NCBI GenBank assembly: GCA_964447495.1
Contig: CAYUTF010000016.1
Coordinates: 11,396-53,464, forward strand
From: an uncultured archaeon
Lineage (GTDB): Archaea; Asgardarchaeota; Lokiarchaeia; Sigyniarchaeales; SOKP01
Direction of reading: 5' to 3'
Length of the DNA stretch: 42,069 nt
The notes beneath the pieces were generated by a model. It did not search any database, had not been told where the DNA came from, and worked only from the letters and a program-made list of their open reading frames with translations. Position numbers and translations under genes: made by a program. Positions 18,602-27,427 of the stretch are shown in pieces (position 1 is the stretch's first letter; the number at the start of each line of letters is the position of its first letter).

Positions 18602-18608
18602 AATATAC

Positions 18609-19559
18609 TTAGCTTATAAATACTTTGTCGCTCAATTCATTATATAACAATACAGGAGGTGTTGCACCTGAAGTTGTAGGACTTCCAGGTGTTGTAGATG
18701 TATGCTGATGTATTATTCCCCAACCAGTAGCAAACTTATTCCCTCTTATCGCTGGTTCAGATGCTCCCTTACCAAGCATTACTGTTCCAGCATTTGCTGA
18801 AAATTGTTTATTTGCATCAGCTATTACATTATCACCTGTTAATACAATATCTTTCCCATCTATACCTATTGCACCTCCAGATTTTGTTGCCAAAGTAATC
18901 TTATCATTACCTAAAAAAAGCATCGATAATACATTTCCATTAGAATCTAATGTCTGAAGTGTAGTTTCATTATCTTCAGCATTCATATATAATGAAGACC
19001 CATTACTATTAGTTATCAATGTATGACCTTCAGTAGTCATACTTATGAATTGAGATGTTGGCTCTCCTTCACCATCTCCTCTAGCAATTGTAATTTCCAA
19101 CTTATCTGGATCATCATTGAACCTCAAAAAATGACCTGCCTTGGTCCTTATTCCTCTCTTTGATGGCCCTTTATTTTCAGCATCATCAGAATCAAATGTA
19201 TCAGAAACTTTTCTTTTTGTTAAACAACCACCAATATATAAAGGTTTTCTTGGGTCACCAAATTCAAATTGAATCCACACTAAAGTTCCCTCATCCGGAG
19301 GATGAAACATTCCAGTCATTTTTCCATCAGCATCCTCACCAAGCCCATTAAGACAAGGTAACATCCAAAATCCAGCTGGTACATTTTCTTCTTTAGGCAT
19401 ATTTATCGCTGGACATGTAGCCCTTATTCTACCTCTATTATCAGGATCTGCCGTATCAATGACTCTTCCTAAATATACTCCATAATATCTACCACAAAAC
19501 CGTTCTAATCCCCTGGTTACATCTCCGAGATAATTCCTAAGCCATTCAATCCACATCAT
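18609..19559 (-). CDS. baseplate central spike, gp5/VgrG/gpV-like
   Basis: OB-fold motif YYGVYLGRVIDTADPDNRGRIR...PPDEGTLVWIQFEFGDPRKP; RTKAGHFLRFND; C-terminal HQH apex motif. Confidence 0.9.
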   Translation of the reverse strand: MMWIEWLRNYLGDVTRGLERFCGRYYGVYLGRVIDTADPDNRGRIRATCPAINMPKEENVPAGFWMLPCLNGLGEDADGKMTGMFHPPDEGTLVWIQFEFGDPRKPLYIGGCLTKRKVSDTFDSDDAENKGPSKRGIRTKAGHFLRFNDDPDKLEITIARGDGEGEPTSQFISMTTEGHTLITNSNGSSLYMNAEDNETTLQTLDSNGNVLSMLFLGNDKITLATKSGGAIGIDGKDIVLTGDNVIADANKQFSANAGTVMLGKGASEPAIRGNKFATGWGIIHQHTSTTPGSPTTSGATPPVLLYNELSDKVFIS

Positions 19560-20884
19560 TTTGGAAGTTGACCTCCAGCCGATTCTTTCTGTTCTCCAGA
19601 TACAGCTTTATATCCTCTACGATATACACTAAGTGTCATATCCCAAGTACCAGGACTCCAAGAATGAACCATTTTCTCTATACAAAATGTTCCATTGAAT
19701 AATACTCCAGCACCCCATAATTGACAAAGATTTCCAACTTGTTCATCAGGAACACCAAGTGTAGATATTTCAATATGAAATCCAGGATCACCTTGACGTT
19801 GAAATTTTCTAACCTGATTTTTGAATACTTCTATTCCATAAGGCAAAATGGGGGCACTCATAAATGTACCTAATTTGCCATCGCTCTTAAATGAATCTAT
19901 TATGTATTTTTCATATCCATCTGAAGCTTTTATATCTTGTGGTTCCGTATTCTCGAGTTTCCCATCTCTTTTATCTTCTTGGTCTTCAGGTTTTACATCA
20001 TACTCAACATCCTCAGCAGTCTCAGAATCTATTCCTATTCCATTACTACCACTTGCAGCAGCACTAGGTACTCTATTTAACCATACTGTTTCATCTGATT
20101 TAGGACTAAAACCAAAACATGGATATTGATTATTTAAAGGGTCAATAATACCTCTTAATATATATTTATTTATATAATCGTTCTCATTCAAATTGCCAGA
20201 AGTTAAATCTTTTTCAGTATAAATAATAATCGTTCTTTCTCCTTTTGTCTTTTTTATAAAAAAAGAACAATCATTTTCTATACACATATACCTAAGAATC
20301 TCCCATACACTCTTCCCTTGTAATCCTGAAAAAAAATTAAATTTATTTTTAAAAGATATACTTTTTGGTTCAGTCAACTTCCAAGCATTTAAATTGTTTG
20401 AAGCATTAGATGTTATTTCAACTTCACACCCTATTTCTTTCCCTAATAATCTAAAAAGTTTTTCTGCATCATATCCAGCATCTTTTAATATGTCATTAGA
20501 AACTGTATATCCAGATGGTTTTATCGAAATAATATTTACTTCTAAACTCCCTGATAAACCATCTGGTCCCATTGATAATCCCTTACCACCAGCATGCAGA
20601 ACACCATGAGCCCACTCAGTCCACCCACCAGATGCATATCCTATTCTACATCTAACCAAATTTCCCTGTTTAAATGGTGTTTCAGTAGCATCTAACGCTT
20701 TTAAAGCATAATCATACGGCATATCAACACCTATAACTATCCCACCTATAGTCATATTCCCTTCTAATGAAATAGAAAGAGAAGTCAAAAAGGGATGTGA
20801 TGGTGTTCCCCAATGCCATTCTTCACCATTCTCATGATCTTTAATTATCACCTGTGCAACAGGGTCCATAAATCTAATCGTCAT
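19556..20884 (-). CDS. baseplate hub (T4 gp27 / P2 gpD-like)
   Basis: RIGYASG near the N-terminus; C-terminal LGVP..GNLCQLWGAGVLFNGTFCIEKMVHSW; lies between LysM and spike genes. Confidence 0.78.
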   Translation of the reverse strand: MTIRFMDPVAQVIIKDHENGEEWHWGTPSHPFLTSLSISLEGNMTIGGIVIGVDMPYDYALKALDATETPFKQGNLVRCRIGYASGGWTEWAHGVLHAGGKGLSMGPDGLSGSLEVNIISIKPSGYTVSNDILKDAGYDAEKLFRLLGKEIGCEVEITSNASNNLNAWKLTEPKSISFKNKFNFFSGLQGKSVWEILRYMCIENDCSFFIKKTKGERTIIIYTEKDLTSGNLNENDYINKYILRGIIDPLNNQYPCFGFSPKSDETVWLNRVPSAAASGSNGIGIDSETAEDVEYDVKPEDQEDKRDGKLENTEPQDIKASDGYEKYIIDSFKSDGKLGTFMSAPILPYGIEVFKNQVRKFQRQGDPGFHIEISTLGVPDEQVGNLCQLWGAGVLFNGTFCIEKMVHSWSPGTWDMTLSVYRRGYKAVSGEQKESAGGQLPK

Positions 20885-21270
20885 CTCTCAATATAATCCT
20901 GTGTTTGAGGTAATAAATATGTATCTATCCAACTTCTAGATGGAATTTTTATAGAACGTCCTTTGTACAATTCGACATCTGGCAAATCTAACCTATTTCT
21001 GGCTGCAATAACCCAATAAAGTTCTTGTCTATCTATACCCCAAAATCTAGCAGCAATTTTATCTAGCCTTTCTTCTGAACTACTTATAATATATAAAAAT
21101 TCATCATTTTCAACACCATCCCAATTTGGCATTTCAAACATTGCACGAAATCTAACCAATCCTTGTAATTCCTTATCATAAATCAATTGTTCAGGCATAA
21201 AATTCATATATGAAAACGGTCCAGCTTTTAATAAATTCTTTCTCGGATTAGGGTCTACACCTTTTGCCAT
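20881..21270 (-). CDS. LysM / gpX / gp53-like baseplate protein
   Basis: ERLDKIAARFWG..ELYWVIAARN...GRSIKIPS motif. Confidence 0.82.
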   Translation of the reverse strand: MAKGVDPNPRKNLLKAGPFSYMNFMPEQLIYDKELQGLVRFRAMFEMPNWDGVENDEFLYIISSSEERLDKIAARFWGIDRQELYWVIAARNRLDLPDVELYKGRSIKIPSRSWIDTYLLPQTQDYIER

Positions 21271-21280
21271 ATATTACCCC

Positions 21281-24200
21281 TCAAACTGGTGGTGGTGTTC
21301 GCTCTCCAATAGTAGAAACACTTGTACTACCACCACTCATGATAACTGTTTGTTTTACACTTTCGTCAAGCATTCTTTTTAATAATTTCCTGGTCATAGC
21401 TCCTTCATTAGATACAGCTAAAACAACACTAGCAAGTCCTGGCAAAGTCATTGCAGCTTCAAAATTCTTTTTCACATTTATATCTGAATCTGCATCTACT
21501 GTAGTCTCTATCTTTCCACCAAGGTCTTTAACCATAGCTTTAGCAATAGATGTTAAAAACATCTTCTGTTCTGCAAGTTCTTTCATCTTTTGAGCATACG
21601 TATCAATAGTCAATATAACCGAATCATTAAGAGTCTCTTCAATAGCTCTCTTAATTATATCTGTACTATCAGTTATACCAAGAGCAAATTGTTCCATTGT
21701 AAAATAACCACCACGATATGCAGCGTTAGACTCTCCTTCACCAGCAAGAGGACCAGATTTTATAGGAGAATGTGCTATCATTCCATCTGTTATAAAATCA
21801 AGTCCATCATCAACAGATTGCCTACCTTCTTCTAATCCTGATGTCAGACCATTTATAAATTGCTCTGCTGTAGTCTTACCACCCAAAGTATATTTCTCAA
21901 CATTTGATTCTGTTTTATCAAGAATAAGTTCATTTTGAGCATCTGATAATAAAAATATTGCCTTTTCAAGAATTTTAACATCATCTTTATCTGGAAACCA
22001 ACTTTCCTTCTCTGCTTTAAGTGCCGATCTTAATCTAGCTAATTGACCTGCCATTTCTTCAGGTTTTTTCTGCCATGCCAATTTATACATTCCAAACTTG
22101 TCTTCATCTCCACCAGCTATTACCCCAGCTTCTGCTACTGCACCAGCAATAAACTTTGGACCGAATATAGATTCTGCCATTTTCCACCCAGCATAAGCAG
22201 CCAACGCAACAAGACCTGTACCTCCTGCAATAGTAGGATGTTCAGCTACAGCTTTTAAAAAAGCTATTCCAGCACTTGTACCAGCTCCAATCATTCCAGG
22301 TCCCAATGTAGCTAACATTGCTCCACCTACAACTCCAGCCTGACCACTAACACCTGTAATCTCCCCTAATTTATTCCAAGCCCATTTAATACCATCCCAC
22401 ATTGCACTGCCTACTATAGGAGCAGAATCTTTCAAAAAAGGAACAAAATCTTCTTTCCAAAATTTAATCATAGCTGGTTTCATATCTTCTTTCCAAAATC
22501 CAACTATTTTAGGTTTAATTTGAAATGTCCAAACACCAACAAACGTAGAAGAAAATCTATTCCATAATTCAACAACTTTATTCTTTAAATCATTAAATAC
22601 ATTATAAAATGGACCAAGTATTTTTCTTACAGAAGTATTATCCATAAACAATAAAGCTCCAATACCTCCAGCAGCAAGCAATGGAGCAAGTGGGCCAGCC
22701 ATTCCAAGCATATGCATTATTGGAGCAAGTTCACTTCCAAATTGTTTTACTGTATCAAATATTAATCCAAATTTTGAACCAAATTTTGCCGCATTCTTAG
22801 CTCCAACACCTGTATATTCAGCCAAAGATGAAAATAAACCACCAATACCCATTTGCTTAAATTGAGATAAAGCATTTATCCATGGTCCCCATGTTTTATC
22901 AGACCCTAATGCTTTAAGCTCCAAACCAGCTTCTCTCATTCCAGAAATTTGTTTCTTTACAAGACCTCTTACATTTTGCCTAGCTATACTTCTAATTGTA
23001 GTATCAAAAGCCTCTTTTGCACGGTCATATGTTTCTTGTAATGTTAAACCAGAACTATAAGCATCTTTTCCAAATTTTCTCAACGCACCAGACCCATCAA
23101 CGGCAACTTTTGACATTTTTTCTAATGCAGCAGTTCCTTGTTCTGTATTCGATGCTAAATATGAAAGTCCAACTGCCCCATCTCCTAATGCTCCTCCTAA
23201 TCCAGATAATGCCCTTTGAACCTGTGGTGATATATCATCTCCAAAACGAGCATAAACATTATTTACCATCTTCATACCAGCAACTACATCACGACTACCT
23301 GTTGAAATAACTTTTCTAGCGTCATCAAAACCAATACCAAGCCTCATTAAATATTTAAGCAATGGATTGTCTATCAAAGCACGCTCATCACCAATAGCTA
23401 AAGCTTTTTTTATGGCCACATCTTGATCTGCAAACATCTTCGCTACAGCATTTGCTTTTGTTATAGCTTCTTCCTGTGTACTTCCCATTTCTTTAAAAAC
23501 ACCAGACATTTTAGCCGATGATTCCATTAAACTAATTATTTCATCTGATGTTCTAGCCATTGATGGAGGCAATGTTTTAAATATATCTCCCAATTCATCT
23601 AATTGCGTTTTTGCATTTCTTACTGCTCCTACTCCAGTTCCAGCAACCTTCCCTATTGCCATTAAATTATCAAGCATTCTTGCAGCTTCTTTAGGTGAAG
23701 CTTTCCAACTTGTTGTCATATCACCTAGAATAGCAGAATACTCTTCCATCGGAACATTAGTAGTTTGAACAACTTTTACCCAATCTTTTGTAGACAATCC
23801 CAATTCATCCATAGCCTCTTTTGCGCTCTTATTAGCTACGTAAATTGATTTCATTGTCTCAGCAACAGCATCAGCAGATGTATTCATACCATAGGCCATA
23901 CTTGCCGCTTGACCAGCAAACTTCCTCATCTCCTTTCCTGATAAATTTAAAGATGCAGCAATTGGCTTCGTAGTCTGAATCATACTTACCATTGTTGCTT
24001 CTAAACTATTTGTTAAATTTCCAGTTTCACCTGTTAAACTTCTTATATTTGATGCAATATCAGCTACGTTAAAATTTAATACAGATCCTCTGATTTTATC
24101 AAATACAGACCTTAATTTCCCTATTTTCTTAGATGCATCATCGGCACCCTTACCCATATCGTCAAAAAAATCCTCTTTTTTTATTTTTCTTATAGCTTCA

Positions 24201-24316
24201 GTTTGTTCATCCAACCTATCGTTAATTTGCTGAAGACTTTTAGCTGCATTACTTATTCCTGCTGACATACCAGCATCAACAGCAGCCATATCAAACGCAA
24301 TTCCAAGAAATCCCAT
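21281..24316 (-). CDS. tail tape measure protein
   Basis: 1011 aa, A/G-rich helical protein with periodic W/F repeats, hydrophobic segments and an HSPIKSGPL motif; follows the chaperone gene. Confidence 0.85.
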   Translation of the reverse strand: MGFLGIAFDMAAVDAGMSAGISNAAKSLQQINDRLDEQTEAIRKIKKEDFFDDMGKGADDASKKIGKLRSVFDKIRGSVLNFNVADIASNIRSLTGETGNLTNSLEATMVSMIQTTKPIAASLNLSGKEMRKFAGQAASMAYGMNTSADAVAETMKSIYVANKSAKEAMDELGLSTKDWVKVVQTTNVPMEEYSAILGDMTTSWKASPKEAARMLDNLMAIGKVAGTGVGAVRNAKTQLDELGDIFKTLPPSMARTSDEIISLMESSAKMSGVFKEMGSTQEEAITKANAVAKMFADQDVAIKKALAIGDERALIDNPLLKYLMRLGIGFDDARKVISTGSRDVVAGMKMVNNVYARFGDDISPQVQRALSGLGGALGDGAVGLSYLASNTEQGTAALEKMSKVAVDGSGALRKFGKDAYSSGLTLQETYDRAKEAFDTTIRSIARQNVRGLVKKQISGMREAGLELKALGSDKTWGPWINALSQFKQMGIGGLFSSLAEYTGVGAKNAAKFGSKFGLIFDTVKQFGSELAPIMHMLGMAGPLAPLLAAGGIGALLFMDNTSVRKILGPFYNVFNDLKNKVVELWNRFSSTFVGVWTFQIKPKIVGFWKEDMKPAMIKFWKEDFVPFLKDSAPIVGSAMWDGIKWAWNKLGEITGVSGQAGVVGGAMLATLGPGMIGAGTSAGIAFLKAVAEHPTIAGGTGLVALAAYAGWKMAESIFGPKFIAGAVAEAGVIAGGDEDKFGMYKLAWQKKPEEMAGQLARLRSALKAEKESWFPDKDDVKILEKAIFLLSDAQNELILDKTESNVEKYTLGGKTTAEQFINGLTSGLEEGRQSVDDGLDFITDGMIAHSPIKSGPLAGEGESNAAYRGGYFTMEQFALGITDSTDIIKRAIEETLNDSVILTIDTYAQKMKELAEQKMFLTSIAKAMVKDLGGKIETTVDADSDINVKKNFEAAMTLPGLASVVLAVSNEGAMTRKLLKRMLDESVKQTVIMSGGSTSVSTIGERTPPPV

Positions 24317-24325
24317 TTGCTTATT

Positions 24326-24345
24326 TAACGAACTCGAGTTCGTTA
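24326..24345. repeat. palindrome copy 3, TAACGAACTCGAGTTCGTTA
   Basis: 20-bp perfect inverted repeat; overlaps the TAA of the frameshift product; core lies 12 nt upstream of the tape measure ATG. Confidence 0.95.
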
Positions 24346-24540
24346 TCTCCTTCTCCTTGGTCTACTAATCGACTTATTTTTATTTGCATTTGATGCTGAC
24401 CTATCCATCGTATACTTCTTATCTACAAACCGTTTTCTACGAGAATATGGCATATCCATAATATCAATATAACTCTGCCCTTGTCTTTCCATAAGAAAGA
24501 ATATTTCTTCCTCTAAATCCCCAATTTGACCGATGGGAAA
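24343..24540 (-). CDS. -1 frame extension of the tail assembly chaperone (GT / E'-like product)
   Basis: The -1 frame after the T8 run reads FPIGQIGDLEEEIFFLMERQGQSYIDIMDMPYSRRKRFVDKKYTMDRSASNANKNKSISRPRRRR* with no stop until 24343. Confidence 0.75.
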   Translation of the reverse strand, partial: FPIGQIGDLEEEIFFLMERQGQSYIDIMDMPYSRRKRFVDKKYTMDRSASNANKNKSISRPRRRR

Positions 24541-25358
24541 AAAAAGGTAGGTTGAGCAACATCAAGCTTTCCTTCCCATTGGTGACCACATTTTTCACAT
24601 TCAAATTCAACTAAAGTGTCTATATTATCTTCTTTTTTATCAAAAAGGTCTCTTAATGCAGACCTATCTCTAATAGATAAATCCATTAACGTATTAATCG
24701 CTTTTCTATATTTATTTTTTCTATCCAATTCTTCATCTTCAATAGAATCAATACGAGATAATAAATGAAGTGTTAATAAATCCTTTTGCTTCTTTCTCTG
24801 TTCTACCAACCATTCTTCATCTTCACTCCTAATTACATGCCACTTTACTTCTTTGCCGCTAGGAAGAGTATCTGTCATATCCCTTTCCATCCGATTTGGC
24901 ATAGGTGATATTTCAATTTCTGATAAATTAATAGTTACATGTTGACTTATATTACATTCAGGACACGTAACTTTACAATCATAAAAATCACCAAGTGATA
25001 CACGACGCAAAGCCAAAAGAATAGCCATTCTGTCTTGAGCTGTTAAATTATTTGTTATTTTTCTTAATAATGATTTATCACTAATCGTACCAATCTGAAC
25101 TAGACAATTACCAATAATAGTATTTATTCTAGTTACTGTGGGTCCTTTACTAGCTAACAACTCCTCTTCTGGCCCCTTCATCTCACGCAATACAGCATTA
25201 ACGTGAAGCTCTCCATCCTCATGAATATATCCTGCTGGCAACTCAATAATAATACAACCTGGCCCTATATCAAGAACATGACCTTTTGTCTTATCTAAAA
25301 CAATTTTATCTTCTTTCATTTCAACATTCTGCTCATTCAATTGTTCATCAATCATCAT
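24513..25358 (-). CDS. tail assembly chaperone, T4 gp26-like, with Zn-binding CxxC pairs
   Basis: ELPAGY, LREMKGPEEELL, DRMAILLALRRVSLG, CPEC and CEKC, ending TFFFP; located upstream of the tape measure gene. Confidence 0.75.
   Translation of the reverse strand: MMIDEQLNEQNVEMKEDKIVLDKTKGHVLDIGPGCIIIELPAGYIHEDGELHVNAVLREMKGPEEELLASKGPTVTRINTIIGNCLVQIGTISDKSLLRKITNNLTAQDRMAILLALRRVSLGDFYDCKVTCPECNISQHVTINLSEIEISPMPNRMERDMTDTLPSGKEVKWHVIRSEDEEWLVEQRKKQKDLLTLHLLSRIDSIEDEELDRKNKYRKAINTLMDLSIRDRSALRDLFDKKEDNIDTLVEFECEKCGHQWEGKLDVAQPTFFFPSVKLGI
24537..24545 (-). other. slippery sequence for a programmed -1 frameshift (TTT TTT TTC)
   Basis: T8C run near the end of the chaperone gene; contains the heptamer T TTT TTC in the correct frame. 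Confidence 0.75.
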
Positions 25359-25524
25359 TTTCCTCTTTTATCTTAGTAAGCCTAAACTTTTCTCTTACCC
25401 TTCTCTCCGTATAATCTAAAATCAATTCTCTAACGACATCACTGACACTTCTTCCATCTTCTTTACATTGGTTAAGAAATCTCTTATATACACCACTTTT
25501 TATTTCAACATTCAACCTTGGCAT
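25348..25524 (-). CDS. ribbon-helix-helix DNA-binding protein (ParG/CopG/Arc-like), absent from the ORF track
   Basis: Translated by hand: MPRLNVEIKSGVYKRFLNQCKEDGRSVSDVVRELILDYTERRVREKFRLTKIKEENDD (58 aa); alternating beta-strand RLNVEI and GRSVSDVVRELI helix; AGGAAGG upstream. Confidence 0.75.
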   Translation of the reverse strand: MPRLNVEIKSGVYKRFLNQCKEDGRSVSDVVRELILDYTERRVREKFRLTKIKEENDD

Positions 25525-25557
25525 AAAAACAACCTTCCTAAAACACTACTTGAGTAA

Positions 25558-25587
25558 ATAATACCACTTTTCTGCTATTATTATCAA
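25558..25587 (-). promoter_or_regulatory. putative sigma70-type promoter for the RHH / tail operon
   Basis: Minus-strand TTGATA-N18-TATTAT with an extended -10 TG. Confidence 0.4.
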
Positions 25588-25614
25588 CACTTTTGCATTT
25601 TTTTATCAAAAAAG

Positions 25615-25642
25615 TTGACAAACTTTATCGTAATGTTAATAT
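25615..25642 (+). promoter_or_regulatory. putative sigma70-type promoter for the divergent island
   Basis: TTGACA-N16-TAATAT with an extended -10 TG, upstream of the AAGGA SD and the ATG at 25686. Confidence 0.55.
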
Positions 25643-25685
25643 TCATATAGATGGTCGATAAGATTTCGACAGAAAGGAAAAAACA

Positions 25686-25898
25686 ATGAAAGCCTCAGAA
25701 ATTTATATCTATCAAAAAAATGACCCACATAATACAATTACAGGAATAGTCGACAACAGAGGTAACCTCTATTGTACAGAATGTGCTAAACGACTAGAAA
25801 AAGAAGGAAATGCTATTTATGTTATGAATTCACATCTTTCCAAAGCAAATACTGAACCTTGTGATTCATGCAAAAAATCAATCCCTATCGCATGGTAA
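25686..25898 (+). CDS. small putative Zn-binding protein
   Basis: 70 aa with CTEC and CDSC pairs; SD AAGGA. Confidence 0.55.
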   Translation: MKASEIYIYQKNDPHNTITGIVDNRGNLYCTECAKRLEKEGNAIYVMNSHLSKANTEPCDSCKKSIPIAW

Positions 25899-25902
25899 AT
25901 AA

Positions 25903-26082
25903 ATGTCACTCCCGAAAACATCAATATCATTCAAAGAAGCCCAAAAACATCCTAGTTGGTCAAACAGTTTTGCATATGCCAAAAATGAAATCAACTGGTG
26001 GGTACAAAATCCAACACATGAAGACATCATAAAACTAACTATCCATTTTGTTGAAACAACAATCCAAACAGAAAGACAATAA
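25903..26082 (+). CDS. small hypothetical protein, absent from the ORF track
   Basis: 59-aa ORF MSLPKTSISFKEAQKHPSWSNSFAYAKNEINWWVQ... that fills the gap between two plus-strand genes. Confidence 0.5.
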   Translation: MSLPKTSISFKEAQKHPSWSNSFAYAKNEINWWVQNPTHEDIIKLTIHFVETTIQTERQ

Positions 26083-26083
26083 A

Positions 26084-26434
26084 ATGAAAAATCTAAATTT
26101 ACTAATCATTGATGATGATGAACAAATCACTCGTATGCTTTCTAGAGTTATGAAAAATACTTGGAAAAACATAACGGTTAAACATTCCTGTGATGATGGT
26201 CTAATCGCCATTCAAAATGGAAATTTTGATATTATTCTTAGCGATTGGGATTGTCCCAAAAAAGCAGATGGGCTAAAAATAGTTCAACATTCAACAATAC
26301 CCTTCGTAATATATACAGCAAACTCTAAACTCAAATATGATATGCCCAATATACATATTCTTACTAAACCATGCGATGTCTGTGAAATCTATGATGCTCT
26401 CGTTACTGAATGGATCAATAAGTGTTTAACATAA
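26084..26434 (+). CDS. stand-alone response regulator receiver (CheY-like) domain
   Basis: LLIIDDD acidic pocket, DIILSDWDCP phospho-acceptor Asp, IYTA and LTKP; likely ATG at 26084. Confidence 0.85.
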   Translation: MKNLNLLIIDDDEQITRMLSRVMKNTWKNITVKHSCDDGLIAIQNGNFDIILSDWDCPKKADGLKIVQHSTIPFVIYTANSKLKYDMPNIHILTKPCDVCEIYDALVTEWINKCLT

Positions 26435-26444
26435 AACACAATTA

Positions 26445-26735
26445 TTATCTTTTCACTATCTTTTTATTTCCACTTTCATCATCAACTAAAATAACAACAT
26501 CTGGAACAAAACAAATAGCTTCTGCAACATTATCACCCTGTTGTGTAGAAACTTGTATCAAACATCCTTTTCCAGGAATCTCCATAGCTTTTGTTGATTT
26601 CATCCATCCTTGACTTTTGGAACTTGCCTTACAAATTAACTGAAAAGTATCTGGATTACCAAATATCTCAACATCAGAAACTTTCTTCCTCAAATCATCA
26701 GAATTCACAACATTTACAGTCTTCATTTTACACAT
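26445..26735 (-). CDS. hypothetical phage protein
   Basis: 96 aa; the GWMKSTKAMEI..GCLIQVSTQQ segment resembles a recurrent phage hypothetical protein (recalled, not verified). Confidence 0.55.
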   Translation of the reverse strand: MCKMKTVNVVNSDDLRKKVSDVEIFGNPDTFQLICKASSKSQGWMKSTKAMEIPGKGCLIQVSTQQGDNVAEAICFVPDVVILVDDESGNKKIVKR

Positions 26736-26741
26736 CTTCTC

Positions 26742-26757
26742 TGTTTCACGTGAAACA
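26742..26757. promoter_or_regulatory. parS: parS centromere-like site TGTTTCACGTGAAACA
   Basis: Exact 16/16 match to the canonical chromosomal ParB/Spo0J binding palindrome; intergenic. Confidence 0.85.
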
Positions 26758-26768
26758 TCATTTTTTTA

Positions 26769-26978
26769 TTATCTCTTAAAATAATTTATTAGAAATTTAA
26801 CTAAAGCATCTTTCAATCTAGTAATATCCTCAGGTGCCTCAACACCATATCTATCCAACATAGCTACACTTCTAGGATTTTTTATCATATTATCTGCTAA
26901 CTTCTCAGCAGCACCATATGAAAGACCTTCCATTATCTCTGAACTACTAGACTCTATAATATCTTTCATAATAACCAT
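26769..26978 (-). CDS. hypothetical protein
   Basis: 69-aa ORF in the operon. Confidence 0.45.
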   Translation of the reverse strand: MVIMKDIIESSSSEIMEGLSYGAAEKLADNMIKNPRSVAMLDRYGVEAPEDITRLKDALVKFLINYFKR

Positions 26979-26980
26979 TA

Positions 26981-27280
26981 TTAACCCTTAATTGGAGGAA
27001 TAACACCTGATTTATCATCCGGAAAAAAATAATGCTTTCCTCTTATTGTGCGCCATATTCCACGTTTACCGTTCACAATATGACGTTTTTCTCTTGCTTC
27101 TTCAAGCATAGTATGACCATCAATATTAAATATCTCATACACACCAATCTTTTTATTCCTCTTTTTATTAACTGGAATTTCTTCAATTTTACAAATACAA
27201 CCACTACAACATGGCAAAAATCCTCTACTTATAATCCCGATAGGCTTAATTACACCAGCAATATTACTAGATGCAGTCAT
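26981..27280 (-). CDS. hypothetical protein
   Basis: 99 aa; Cys cluster and C-terminal WRTIRGKHYFF motif. Confidence 0.5.
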   Translation of the reverse strand: MTASSNIAGVIKPIGIISRGFLPCCSGCICKIEEIPVNKKRNKKIGVYEIFNIDGHTMLEEAREKRHIVNGKRGIWRTIRGKHYFFPDDKSGVIPPIKG

Positions 27281-27282
27281 AA

Positions 27283-27426
27283 CTATTCCTTAATATCTTT
27301 ATCTTTATCAACTTCAATATCTTTTTCAACTTTATCTTTTTTATCATCAAGATTTTTTACCTCTTTATTTTTAACAACTTTTAATAAATCATCTAAACAC
27401 TCTGATAATTCTTTTAGCTTTCCCAT
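27283..27426 (-). CDS. small K/D/E-rich protein, absent from the ORF track
   Basis: 47 aa, MGKLKELSECLDDLLKVVKNKEVKNLDDKKDKVEKDIEVDKDKDIKE; GGAGG SD. Confidence 0.55.
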   Translation of the reverse strand: MGKLKELSECLDDLLKVVKNKEVKNLDDKKDKVEKDIEVDKDKDIKE

Positions 27427-27427
27427 T

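Noticed and set aside
19952-19957. Other CTCGAG sites (here and at 35881-35886) as extra motif copies
   Set aside because: Only the central part matches; the full CGAA/TTCG arms are missing.
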